From the IMG/VR virus record IMGVR_UViG_3300032167_005013: a stretch of 64,000 nucleotides of DNA; one strand, 5' to 3'. The notes beneath the pieces were generated by a model. That model had not been told where the DNA came from, did no database searches, and saw only the letters and a list, made by a program, of their open reading frames with translations. Shown in pieces: positions 20,776 to 30,235 of the stretch (within the stretch, counting starts at the first letter, position 1; the number at the start of each line of letters is the position of its first letter). The position numbers and the translations under genes were made by a program. The stretch comes from a virus. Its lineage: Duplodnaviria; Heunggongvirae; Uroviricota; Caudoviricetes.

Positions 20776-20943
20776 ATGCCAAAATATAGAATTCCCGTTC
20801 GTAATGTTGAATATGGATTTATTGATGTAGTTGCAGACAATATTGAAGATGCAAAAGAAAAAGTAGATTGTTTTGACGGAGATTACTATGTAAACAAAAA
20901 TTTTGTTGATATAGTTGCTGAAATTGAAACACTTGAAGATTAG
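20776..20943 (+). CDS. small acidic protein (55 aa)
   Basis: MPKYRIPVRNVEYGFIDVVADNIEDAKEKV.. Confidence 0.55.
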   Translation: MPKYRIPVRNVEYGFIDVVADNIEDAKEKVDCFDGDYYVNKNFVDIVAEIETLED

Positions 20944-20993
20944 TTTGGTACGAACTTTGCAATATATAGGAATGTAAACAAATACAGAATACT

Positions 20994-21320
20994 ATGGAAA
21001 AGATTTATAAGCATCTTGGTTATTATTCCAATCTTGAAGATATTCAAAAACTTTATGATAAGACTGATGAATATGTCGTTGAGGAAATGTTACAGGGGAG
21101 GGGTTGTTTCAATGTAGCCGACTATGAAGAGCATACCGAACATTATCTTAAATGTTGCGATGCAGGATTCGTTGATATCAATAACACGAGATATGCAGTG
21201 GTAAGAGATTACGATTGGGACATATCGGACTTGGACGACCTTGACGCAGATAGTGATGAAGATAACGACCTTTACGACCGCAGCCCTTCATATATTGATG
21301 TGTATTTAGTAAAGGAATAA
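20994..21320 (+). CDS. acidic protein, paralog B
   Basis: KIYKHLGYYSNL...DADSDEDNDLYDRSPSYIDVY. Confidence 0.75.
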   Translation: MEKIYKHLGYYSNLEDIQKLYDKTDEYVVEEMLQGRGCFNVADYEEHTEHYLKCCDAGFVDINNTRYAVVRDYDWDISDLDDLDADSDEDNDLYDRSPSYIDVYLVKE

Positions 21321-21368
21321 TAGTTTGGCACGGACTTTGCAATATAATTGAGTTATAAAACAAAAACA

Positions 21369-21938
21369 ATGGAAACATTAAAAAATGACTTTCTCCTTTA
21401 TATCTTGGAGTACGCATTTTGCGATGATACTCAAATTTCTATTATCAATGAGTATCTTGACAATCATGGCGAAAGCAGGATTTATCAGAATGATTCCGAT
21501 GGTCTTGAAGATATGCTTGAATGTACAGAGAAATCCGAGATTGTTCGTGCAATATCATTTGGTCAGTATTCTTGGACTGATAGTTATGTCAAATTCAATG
21601 GCTATGGAAACATAGAATCGTTTAACGCCTTGTGGGGTTCTGATAGCGTATGGATTGAGGATATGATTGCTTGGTTGACTGAGGGGGATAATTCGCCTCG
21701 CCTTGACCTTGTATATACAATACTTGATGCAGACGAAGTTGCTGACATTCAGCTCCATTTTGTTGAAGAACTTATGGAAATTCTCGACAATGAGGATGAA
21801 AGTAATATTAATAAATGGATTGAAGAAAAATCAATAGATTCAGAACTCATTTGCAGAGAGAATTGGAACGACTTGATTGCCAATTACAAGGAATGGAAAA
21901 AAGTTGATAATTGGCTAAAAGAGAATGGCAATGAGTAA
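21369..21938 (+). CDS. acidic phage protein
   Basis: DSYVKFNGYGNIES; box at 21324. Confidence 0.7.
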   Translation: METLKNDFLLYILEYAFCDDTQISIINEYLDNHGESRIYQNDSDGLEDMLECTEKSEIVRAISFGQYSWTDSYVKFNGYGNIESFNALWGSDSVWIEDMIAWLTEGDNSPRLDLVYTILDADEVADIQLHFVEELMEILDNEDESNINKWIEEKSIDSELICRENWNDLIANYKEWKKVDNWLKENGNE

Positions 21939-22086
21939 GAAAAGAGATTTTGAAACCGATTATGTAAAGGCGGTAAAAAAGATAATGCGTGAAGAAGTCG
22001 GACTTACACCTACAAAGGTGGAGAAAAGCAAAAAGGCTTATAACCGACAGAAAAGCAAACGCATTGATGACAACGACATTTCATAG
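21931..22086 (+). CDS. small basic protein, possibly ArfA-like
   Basis: MSKKRDFETDYVKAVKKIMREEVGLTPTKVEKSKKAYNRQKSKRIDDNDIS. Confidence 0.5.
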   Translation: MSKKRDFETDYVKAVKKIMREEVGLTPTKVEKSKKAYNRQKSKRIDDNDIS

Positions 22087-22247
22087 TTCATTATTTCCTT
22101 TATTAATTATTTATTTTTTACTAATTAAACACTATTTTCCTTATATAAGGCACCACTTGTTTTGTAAGTGGATAACAGTTATTTAAACTAATATCGGACG
22201 GAGGTCCAATCACCCCGTATCGAAACCATCCTTACGGGCAGGCATCA

Positions 22248-22317
22248 GTCAACATGCCAATCGGCACCTTTCTAACAAGGTAGTGCCAAGTGCCCTCCTT
22301 TAGGGGGCGTAGTTGAC
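22248..22317. mobile_element. Miniature IS200/IS605-type end remnant (GTCAAC...GTTGAC), copy 1
   Basis: Terminal gtcaac/gttgac with a gccctcc-ttta-gggggc hairpin followed by gtagttgac. Confidence 0.55.
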
Positions 22318-22428
22318 AGTGTTTTATATTGGTTGGAATTGGGGAGATTGCTAAAATTTCCCCTTTTCTTTTTAACACTTTGGCACAGATGTTGCAGTAT
22401 GTAGGAATGTAATATAAACAATTTTGAT

Positions 22429-22644
22429 ATGGAAAAGATTGCTAAGGATTTGGCGTTTTGCCCTATGCTGAGGGTGGTAATCCCAAAGGGTACAACAAAC
22501 GGATGGTCTGAAGAAGAATTTGCTGAACTGACCGCAAGAGAAAAATTGCAGAGTTGGACAAAATCTGAAATTATTGATTGGGTTATGGAAAACCTTGAAG
22601 ATATTTTCGAAAGCCCGGAAACATTCGATAAGGATTATGACTAA
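22429..22644 (+). CDS. hypothetical cassette gene
   Basis: Box at 22379. Confidence 0.6.
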   Translation: MEKIAKDLAFCPMLRVVIPKGTTNGWSEEEFAELTAREKLQSWTKSEIIDWVMENLEDIFESPETFDKDYD

Positions 22645-22671
22645 AATATAAACCAATTAAAAACCAAGAAC

Positions 22672-23010
22672 ATGAGAAAGTTTGTAAATTTCTATGATAA
22701 ACTCAGTGCAATACACCAAGAACTTGTTCTTGAGATTGTAGAATGTTTCAAGGAAAATAATGTTTCAAAAATCAGCATTGCTGATGATGATTGCCCTCTT
22801 ATTCTGAATATGTTTGATGAATGGGGTGAGAGTGGTATCAATGAAACCATTACCGACATTGAGGTCGAAACTTATGAGAGCGGAATGGTGGTAATCAAAC
22901 TTTATAAGAATAATTCAGAAACATTCTTTGAACTTGATGATTGTACTGACGGCAACGCACTTCTCTATGTATATGAATATGTTTTTAGACATTTTTATGG
23001 AGAAGAATAG
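22672..23010 (+). CDS. acidic hypothetical protein
   Basis: Conserved leader aaccaattaaaaac. Confidence 0.65.
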   Translation: MRKFVNFYDKLSAIHQELVLEIVECFKENNVSKISIADDDCPLILNMFDEWGESGINETITDIEVETYESGMVVIKLYKNNSETFFELDDCTDGNALLYVYEYVFRHFYGEE

Positions 23011-23082
23011 TTTAAGAAAAAACTGACTTTGGCACGGAACTTGCAATAAGATAGGATGTAAACCAATAAAAACACAGAGAAT

Positions 23083-23570
23083 ATGAGCAATTTTAGACAG
23101 ACACTTTTCGAGAGAGGATGTTACACAGAAGAAGATTACAAGGACTATTGCCTTGATAATGACTTGGAGTACGATGAAACCGATGATAGTAAATACTATG
23201 ATTGGGTTGCAAGACAAGAGGAATGGGATTTTGACGATATGCTTGACAACTGCAAGTATTCAAAATACAAGAACTATTCCGTACTTGTTGAGGTAGTGTG
23301 GGAACATGGAGAGGCAGGTTTGAGCATGACCAAGCGGTTTTCGACAGTTTCGAGGATGCGATTTATGCTTGCATTGGCAGGTCGTGTGAGATTGACAAGG
23401 TTGAGAGAATTGGCAATAGGATTGAGGTTGTTGCAATCCACCACGATGGAAGAAACTACCATACACTTTATTTCCTTACTCCTTGCGGAGAATATAGATT
23501 TGAAAAGAATGGTCATGTTTCTCCGAGAAACAGAGAAAACATTGTACCACTTGACAAGTATGTATGGTAA
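23083..23570 (+). pseudogene. frameshifted phage gene (GxWxG...HHDGxN type)
   Basis: The 5' frame (MSNFRQ..VLVE) continues more plausibly in the 23298-23570 frame (GTWRGR..HHDGRN). One extra G at ~23292 restores a single ORF. Confidence 0.55.
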
Positions 23571-23622
23571 TTAACAAAGGTACTCGAAAGAGTACCTATA
23601 TAAAAACAATCAAATAAAAATC

Positions 23623-23976
23623 ATGAACGCACTCTACAAAAATTTCAAGGATATTTCAGAGCAGGCAAAGTTGTTGGAAACACAAAGACTCAATGCTTTC
23701 AAGCAGATAATCAAAGAGGCAAGCCAAGACACTTTATATGGTTGTGTCAGGTTTGATAACGAAGATGATGATGACCTTAACGCACATCAGTTTTATGACA
23801 ACCAACTCGAAACCTATCAGACTATTATAGGTATAAGGGTAAGTCAGAACAACAACATTGAAATTTGTGTCTATGAAGATTTTGACGGGGATTTCCATAA
23901 TAAACGAAATTGGTTTAATCCTTTCCTTTACGGCACTTTTGATATGGATAATCTTCTTTCTTTAATGTTCGATTAA
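23623..23976 (+). CDS. hypothetical protein
   Basis: 117 aa ORF after the palindrome at 23580. Confidence 0.65.
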   Translation: MNALYKNFKDISEQAKLLETQRLNAFKQIIKEASQDTLYGCVRFDNEDDDDLNAHQFYDNQLETYQTIIGIRVSQNNNIEICVYEDFDGDFHNKRNWFNPFLYGTFDMDNLLSLMFD

Positions 23977-24033
23977 ACCACTTTGGCACGAAAGTTGCTA
24001 TAATAATAATTGTAAACCAAATAAAAGAAGCTT

Positions 24034-24813
24034 ATGACAAATGAATTTATTACCATGATTTTGGATAGTGCGAGGAACATTGCACATGACAGAAATGGAT
24101 TCTATGAGACACTTAAAAAGAATCTTGAGGGAATGTACGATGATTTCGTTGACGAAGCAAAGAAAAAACAGAAAGAATATGTATATAATCGTATCCTTTC
24201 ATACGATTATCTTCCAACAACCACACTCCTCGACACTTATGTTCTTGGTATTATCGAAACCAAATACGATTTGTTTCAAGGCGTTGATTGGAATGTAATG
24301 GAAGTCCTGTCAGAAATTACAGAGAACGCAACAAACTACTTCGTGGGTAAGTTCGGCCTTAATGAAGTTGAAAAGGCGGTATTCTATCAGTGGCTTGGCA
24401 ATGCAGATGATTATACCAACGAATATACCATCATTGATAATCTTGGATTCCCTCATGGGGACAAGTCGCATCCCGACCTTTATAGGATGTATAAGGAATG
24501 TTTCGGTAAGGATTTCAAGGTAGAGGGAGATGATGATGTAACAGATGATTTCGTTATCACCAATTACCCAAACAGACGCACTGAACTTACCGCAACAATC
24601 AATACCAACTTCGCAATGCTTTTTGCAGTCCTCAACACACATACATATAATGGGGACATGGGAGTTACCATTGAAAGTTGTTCAAGTCCATTGGCTTTGA
24701 AAGAACTTGGATTCTCCGATAGTGAATGTGCGACAATCGCAAAACTTAAGATTGGAGAAAGTTGTATGTCGGAAGACTATGGCAATGGAGTGGTTGTCGT
24801 AAGAATGGCATAA
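24034..24813 (+). CDS. hypothetical cassette gene
   Basis: 259 aa; box at 23982. Confidence 0.75.
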   Translation: MTNEFITMILDSARNIAHDRNGFYETLKKNLEGMYDDFVDEAKKKQKEYVYNRILSYDYLPTTTLLDTYVLGIIETKYDLFQGVDWNVMEVLSEITENATNYFVGKFGLNEVEKAVFYQWLGNADDYTNEYTIIDNLGFPHGDKSHPDLYRMYKECFGKDFKVEGDDDVTDDFVITNYPNRRTELTATINTNFAMLFAVLNTHTYNGDMGVTIESCSSPLALKELGFSDSECATIAKLKIGESCMSEDYGNGVVVVRMA

Positions 24814-24891
24814 AATAAGGGAAATAAGTACTCAAATGAGTACTTATCCCTTGACAATAAATCAATTCATTGATATATTTATATAGGTAAA

Positions 24892-24923
24892 TTTGGTAAT
24901 TAAAATACTAATTCCTATATTTG
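24892..24923 (+). promoter_or_regulatory. Bacteroidota housekeeping-type promoter (TTTG-N20-TAnnTTTG); others end at 29889, 31547, 33135, 35251
   Basis: -33 TTTG and -7 TATATTTG/TATCTTTG with 20-21 nt spacing. Confidence 0.7.
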
Positions 24924-24943
24924 CAATATAAATATAACATATT

Positions 24944-25438
24944 ATGACGCAAGAAAATTGCATAGTATTAACCGCTTATAATAAAGGATATCGAGTTGAT
25001 GAATTTGGTAATGTTTGGTTTAATGGTAGGCAACGCAAACTAACGGCAGGAGGTTCCAATCCAAATAGAAAATACTACAAATTTTGCATAAGATTTGATA
25101 ATGGTAAGCCTAAAAATGTAAAAGTTCATAAACTTCAGGCTTATCAAAAATATGGTGAAAAAATGTTTGAAGAAGGTATTGTTGTTCGACATTTGAATGA
25201 TGACCCTCTTGACAATTCTTATGAAAATATAGCAATTGGAACAATATCAGATAATATGTTTGATATGCCCGAAGAAAAACGGAAAAAACTTGCTAAGCAC
25301 GCAACATCATTTCTAATAAAATATGATGCTGAAAAAATAAAAGAATTTTATGAAGAATGCCGTTCATATAAAAAGACTATGGAATATTTTGGTATTCCAT
25401 CACGAGGAACGCTTCATCATATAATTCATAATAGATAA
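24944..25438 (+). CDS. HNH homing endonuclease
   Basis: VKVHKLQAY..VVRHLNDDPLDNSYENIAIGTISDN. Confidence 0.8.
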   Translation: MTQENCIVLTAYNKGYRVDEFGNVWFNGRQRKLTAGGSNPNRKYYKFCIRFDNGKPKNVKVHKLQAYQKYGEKMFEEGIVVRHLNDDPLDNSYENIAIGTISDNMFDMPEEKRKKLAKHATSFLIKYDAEKIKEFYEECRSYKKTMEYFGIPSRGTLHHIIHNR

Positions 25439-25442
25439 AAGC

Positions 25443-25517
25443 GGTCGGTTGGTGTAGAAGTTAGCACGATGCCCTTTCACGGCATAGACAGCGGAGCGTT
25501 ACCGCTACCGACTACCA
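25443..25517 (+). tRNA. tRNA-Glu(TTC)
   Basis: ggtcggt/accgact acceptor, atgcc-ctTTCac-ggcat, CCA encoded; atypical T loop AGCGTTA. Confidence 0.85.
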
Positions 25518-25660
25518 AATAGAGATTCATCTTACATCTGTAATAAGAAGCCCGTGAGGGTGCATAGTGTTTTTAATTTGGTTTTAATCGTGGGTCGGGG
25601 TTATTTTCTCCGACCTTTTTCTTTATTATTTCCCCCTTTATTGTTATTTTAATAAAAAAC

Positions 25661-25936
25661 ATGAAGAAGAGATTTGTAAATGGAACTGATGTTTATGTTC
25701 ACTCCTATAAAGATTATACTGCGGTATTATATTTGAATGAGGAGAATATCATCAATTTTGCTATCGTAAATCCGGAAAACATAACGATTGCAACGGGAGA
25801 TATATTTGATGATAAACACCCTAAAGGCTTGCCAAATACTTCCTATTATAGGAAGAAAATTCAGATGGAACTTGAAGAACTTCTTGAAAATCAAGTTTTC
25901 AATCTTGAAAAAGAAATTACAAATGAGGGAGAATAA
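25661..25936 (+). CDS. hypothetical protein
   Basis: 91 aa ORF. Confidence 0.55.
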   Translation: MKKRFVNGTDVYVHSYKDYTAVLYLNEENIINFAIVNPENITIATGDIFDDKHPKGLPNTSYYRKKIQMELEELLENQVFNLEKEITNEGE

Positions 25937-26011
25937 ATTTCCCTCATTTTTTATTTGTGGCACGGACTTTGCAGTATGGTAGAATTGTAAACCAATATAA
26001 AAACGAATAAT

Positions 26012-26296
26012 ATGGAAAAATCTAAAATGACTTGGGAAGAATACAAGAACTTCAAAGAAGATGGGGACACATCTTACAATGAGTTTGATAAATGCCATGA
26101 TAAAGGCAATGACATTCTGTCAGATATTAGAGAACTCCTTGAAATGGCACAGAATTACAATGTAAATGAAAGTGCTATTGATTGCCTTGATGTGGCACTC
26201 GAAGAAATGCAGAAATTCTGTAATAATATGATGGATTGCAAATGTAATCATTTTGAGGCTTACAAGAAAAGACTTGGCACGATTGTTGAAGTATAA
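26012..26296 (+). CDS. hypothetical cassette gene
   Basis: Box at 25957. Confidence 0.65.
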   Translation: MEKSKMTWEEYKNFKEDGDTSYNEFDKCHDKGNDILSDIRELLEMAQNYNVNESAIDCLDVALEEMQKFCNNMMDCKCNHFEAYKKRLGTIVEV

Positions 26297-26328
26297 TCGA
26301 ATTGTAGAAACCAATTAAAAACAAATAT

Positions 26329-26727
26329 ATGAAACATAAGATTTTATCAGTCTATAATGACTATTACGAAATCAAAGAATTCCTTTTCAAGTACGACTTC
26401 ATATCAGAGGAACAATTCAATGATGATGAATATGACCTATTGGTATGGTTGGAAGGAGATTGTGATAGGATGGATTTTGATGGTAACGAAATCTTTTTTT
26501 CCCATTTCCATTCCGATTATGTATGGGATGGTTGTCAGGTCGTTATCTGTACTGCTGATGGTCGTGATGAACTTGACGAAATCCTTGAATTTTATGAGGG
26601 TGAGAGTTGGGTTATGGTCGATGATGATATAGACATTGATGCGTTTCTTGAAAGCGATGAAGATAAGGTTTTGTATCGTGGTGGGGTAGGACCTGTCTAT
26701 ACGGTATATTGTCGTAAAACCGAATAA
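26329..26727 (+). CDS. acidic hypothetical protein
   Basis: Box at 26274. Confidence 0.7.
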   Translation: MKHKILSVYNDYYEIKEFLFKYDFISEEQFNDDEYDLLVWLEGDCDRMDFDGNEIFFSHFHSDYVWDGCQVVICTADGRDELDEILEFYEGESWVMVDDDIDIDAFLESDEDKVLYRGGVGPVYTVYCRKTE

Positions 26728-26784
26728 GTTTGGCACGGAACTTGCAGTATAAGAAAATTGTAAACTAATAAAAACATTTCAACT

Positions 26785-27468
26785 ATGTATCTTAAATATC
26801 AAGCGAAAGCACTTTACAGATTGATTGGTAATCGTGTCATTTCTTTTGACCATAAGTCTTATGATGATGCTGAGGATATACCATGTATCATTCACGATGG
26901 CAGAAGAATAAATGTATATTCAGTACAATTTATACACAATGGAGCTGCACTTTGTTGTGAACTTGACGATAAGATTTTGTGCGAGGTAACAATCAAGTTG
27001 GTTAATAATGATTGTGAGATTAGTGATGTTGAATTTGATAGGATTCTCAATATCAAATGTCTTGACCAACTTTTCCACGATATGTACTATGAGACAGATG
27101 AAAGTGGGGATATTGGGGATTATGAACTTGATTTTCTCGAACTTTATCCGGAAAACCTTGAACAATATGAGGGTCTTTCCAAGAACGAAATGCTTGCCGA
27201 CATTGCAAACACAATGAGAAACAATGCCACATCATCTTGGGCGTTTCCTGCCAATACATTCGTGCACCTTAACCTTTGGAATACTCCTACCCTAACAGAC
27301 CTTAGATTCCTCTTCATTAGAGAGTCATCAAGAGTGGATGGAGAAACAATAATTGAACTCTATTCTATTGACGATGAAAGGGATGATGAACAATATACAG
27401 ATAATCTTAAGGATTTTTCTGTTGAGGAAATAAGAACAATATATGCAATTTTCAAGAAGAATTCATAA
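26785..27468 (+). CDS. acidic hypothetical protein
   Basis: Box at 26729. Confidence 0.7.
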   Translation: MYLKYQAKALYRLIGNRVISFDHKSYDDAEDIPCIIHDGRRINVYSVQFIHNGAALCCELDDKILCEVTIKLVNNDCEISDVEFDRILNIKCLDQLFHDMYYETDESGDIGDYELDFLELYPENLEQYEGLSKNEMLADIANTMRNNATSSWAFPANTFVHLNLWNTPTLTDLRFLFIRESSRVDGETIIELYSIDDERDDEQYTDNLKDFSVEEIRTIYAIFKKNS

Positions 27469-27527
27469 GTTTGGCATAGTCCTTGCAATATAGGACTATG
27501 TTTTTAACCAATTAAAAAACCAATAAC

Positions 27528-28088
27528 ATGAAAGATGCAAAAATTAGAGCCATCAGAAGTGCAATAATCGGACTTTCTGATAATTGTGTAAAGAAGATTA
27601 TCGAAAAAGCAGGAACTGACAAGATAAAGGAACTTGCTGAATGTGTCATAGAGAACGGAACGGATAACACCAAACTTTTTAATAGTGTAAGGAGTAAGTT
27701 CATTGACTTTGTTGATGCACACACAACAATCCTCAGAACCAACATTCGTAATGTTGTCATGAATGCGGAAAGGGATTTTGTTGTTGAAGATTGGAATGTC
27801 ATTTTTGCAGACCTTTTCCCGACCACTCCATTGTATGACGATGTGGTATATGCCCTTGTGAGTGAGGTCCATGAGGATTGCACAACTGAGATTGAGACCA
27901 TTCTTTATAAGACTTGGGATAATGCGTTGCTTTCATTCAATGGCTGCAAGAGGGATGCCGAGACTTTCATGGAAAACCATGCTGATGAATATGAGGTGGA
28001 AGTTGATAATGATACCCAATATCAGGCTCAGGATAATTATTGGGAAACATATGTTGATGTCAATATAACCAAGAAAGTACTGTTTTAA
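27528..28088 (+). CDS. hypothetical cassette gene
   Basis: Box at 27470. Confidence 0.7.
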   Translation: MKDAKIRAIRSAIIGLSDNCVKKIIEKAGTDKIKELAECVIENGTDNTKLFNSVRSKFIDFVDAHTTILRTNIRNVVMNAERDFVVEDWNVIFADLFPTTPLYDDVVYALVSEVHEDCTTEIETILYKTWDNALLSFNGCKRDAETFMENHADEYEVEVDNDTQYQAQDNYWETYVDVNITKKVLF

Positions 28089-28105
28089 GGTACTCAAATG
28101 AGTAG

Positions 28106-28588
28106 GTGCTTATGAGAAAGAAAGATAAAATCGAAAAATATCTTGATAGACTTATCAAACTCCATAATGGACATATGAATGAGTCAACAAACTCAAGGTA
28201 TTATTTCCTAAATGGAAACACAATCAGAGTGTCTGACCATTTTGCAGTGAATAGTCCCTGCGAGGTATCCATAGTCCTTACACAAGATGGTAAGTATGTG
28301 CTGACGAACAGAAAGACACAGACAATAAGATGTATTGAATATAAGGAACTCCTCCAATTCTGCAAGACATTTCATATCACTCATATGCTAACGGGAAAGG
28401 TTGGCTCCTATGAACTTGAAATGGCAAGTATGTCCTCAATCATTTCATCAAAGGACAAGGAGATTAACCAACTGAAATCACAACTCGGGGCTTATAAAAA
28501 TATAAACCCTAATATAATCAAGCAGTACAAGAAACAGATAACTGAATTGACTAATATAGTAAAAAAATATAAGGAGGAAAAAGCATGA
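28106..28588 (+). CDS. hypothetical protein (SRYY..IRVSDH motif)
   Basis: 160 aa ORF. Confidence 0.65.
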   Translation: MLMRKKDKIEKYLDRLIKLHNGHMNESTNSRYYFLNGNTIRVSDHFAVNSPCEVSIVLTQDGKYVLTNRKTQTIRCIEYKELLQFCKTFHITHMLTGKVGSYELEMASMSSIISSKDKEINQLKSQLGAYKNINPNIIKQYKKQITELTNIVKKYKEEKA

Positions 28589-28863
28589 CAACAATAATGT
28601 TTATATTATCTATCGCCCTTTTCGTGGTAGTTATTAGCCTTATACTCCGCATCCAACTCCTAAAGGCTGATGTTGAGTATTATAAGGGTGCATATAAAAT
28701 TGAAAGGAAATACAATGAATCAACCCATGATTCAGTTCAACAACTCGCAGACATTGCAAAAGAAGCAAATAAGAAATGTGGTGAATATCTTAATGCTCTT
28801 AAGTACGCAAACCATTTCCTCCCACCAAGAAAGAGAAAGGAAATGTGGAAATTCATAAAATAA
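28585..28863 (+). CDS. membrane-anchored small protein
   Basis: N-terminal hydrophobic helix. Confidence 0.6.
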   Translation: MTTIMFILSIALFVVVISLILRIQLLKADVEYYKGAYKIERKYNESTHDSVQQLADIAKEANKKCGEYLNALKYANHFLPPRKRKEMWKFIK

Positions 28864-28922
28864 GTACTCTTTTGAGTACATAATAGCATGATTCTTGTAG
28901 TATAATAAAAACATAATAATAT

Positions 28923-29213
28923 ATGAAAGAAAATCGTTATCCGGCCATAAGTTCATTTGATGAGATGATGGCTATCATAAAGAAAGATAAGAAAGGTGAT
29001 GAACTCGTTGTGGTTGCGGGGGCATCAACAAGAAACGATATTATCTTCAACCTACTTACTGAAGAGGATTGGAAAGTAGGTGACTCATGGGCAAATTCAT
29101 CAAAAACCAATAGGTGTTACCTTTTTGAAAACAAGAACATCACAGTTTCCATCAATAACGGTGACGACGATATCTACGAGGACATTGTCATTAACTTTAA
29201 TAATGTAGCATAA
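28923..29213 (+). CDS. hypothetical protein
   Basis: 96 aa ORF. Confidence 0.6.
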   Translation: MKENRYPAISSFDEMMAIIKKDKKGDELVVVAGASTRNDIIFNLLTEEDWKVGDSWANSSKTNRCYLFENKNITVSINNGDDDIYEDIVINFNNVA

Positions 29214-29214
29214 C

Positions 29215-29661
29215 ATGAGCACAAGAGGAAACATCGCAATTAAACTCTCCGTATCAGACAGAGAGGGGACCCTGAAGTACAACCCTGATTTTACTCCGCA
29301 GTCCCGTGTCAATGCAAACAAGTTTGACACAGTAGAGCCGCTTGGCAAACCATACCTGCAGATATATTGCCATCATGATAGTTATCCATCACACCTTGGC
29401 AAGATGCTGTTGAATCATTATAATGATTATGAAAAAGCACTTAACCTTATCCTCGCAGGAGATACAAGCGGCGTTGGTGAGAATGGAACCGATGCTTATG
29501 CAAGATATGATTATTGGGATGATGTGAAGCCTGAAATCATCGATGAACCTTATCAGGATGAACAGTATCTATATGTATATGAAGATAACCAATGGTTCAT
29601 TCAAGGAGGAGAATATCCGGTTCTTACACCACTTACAGAAGAGATAATCAATAACAAATAG
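29215..29661 (+). CDS. conserved-looking phage protein (MSTR..IYCHHDxYP)
   Basis: Motif recurrent among phage early proteins. Confidence 0.75.
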   Translation: MSTRGNIAIKLSVSDREGTLKYNPDFTPQSRVNANKFDTVEPLGKPYLQIYCHHDSYPSHLGKMLLNHYNDYEKALNLILAGDTSGVGENGTDAYARYDYWDDVKPEIIDEPYQDEQYLYVYEDNQWFIQGGEYPVLTPLTEEIINNK

Positions 29662-30062
29662 AAAAACATATGAAATGGTTCTTTTATATATTTGCTTTCC
29701 TATTAAGTTTGTTCATACCCATTGAATATCTGTGTACATCGATTTATTTGATGCTTATTGGCGTCATTTTACACCTCTCGGAAATTAAGGAACGTATCGA
29801 TACAATGGAAATAAATCTTCAAAAAGACCATCGATATATTAAAAACGATATCAAAAATTTGACTATTAAAAAATAAATTGCTATCTTTGCAAATATAGGG
29901 CCTGATATGTGTCTATATTGGCCCTGCAAGAGGCCTCCTTGGAATAGATGAACAGTGGGCTATCGTGAGGTGAGGGCGCTGCGATGGAAAAACCAAAGGG
30001 CTTGACACGGCTCAGAGATTGAAAGGTTTCAAGTATCGTGCTTTTTATTCAGTCTCATTTAC

Positions 30063-30150
30063 GGAGGGTAAACTCAGGATGGCTTGAGAACTCCCTGCTA
30101 AGCAGATTGTGCGTCCAAAAACGCATGTGGGTCGGGACCACTGCCCTCCG
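30063..30150 (+). tRNA. tRNA-Ser(GCT), atypical
   Basis: ggagggt/gccctcc acceptor, ctGCTaa loop, long variable arm; weak anticodon stem, T loop GTCGGGA. Confidence 0.7.
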
Positions 30151-30235
30151 CATAGTAGTACTTTATTAAATATTTTTGGTTCCAAACATACTTTTTCCGT
30201 TAATAAGATATTTATTAATAGAAAAGAATTAGAAT

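Larger units (their letters stand above)
4432..27490. promoter_or_regulatory. Array of ~40 sigma54-type (-24/-12) promoters, consensus tttTGGCAYrgacttTGCAata, plus a conserved leader (tgtaaaccaattaaaac)
   Basis: Plus-strand copies near 5408, 5495, 6126, 6569, 6986, 7445, 7867, 8260, 8720, 9234, 9761, 10116, 10732, 11860, 12617, 13837, 14183, 14567, 15125, 15516, 16136, 16544, 17108, 17631, 18181, 18769, 19124, 19869, 20944, 21324, 22379, 23028, 23982, 25957, 26274, 26729, 27470. Minus-strand copies at 4432, 4903, 5317. GG-N10-GC spacing is conserved; most lie 40-60 bp upstream of an ATG. Confidence 0.8.
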
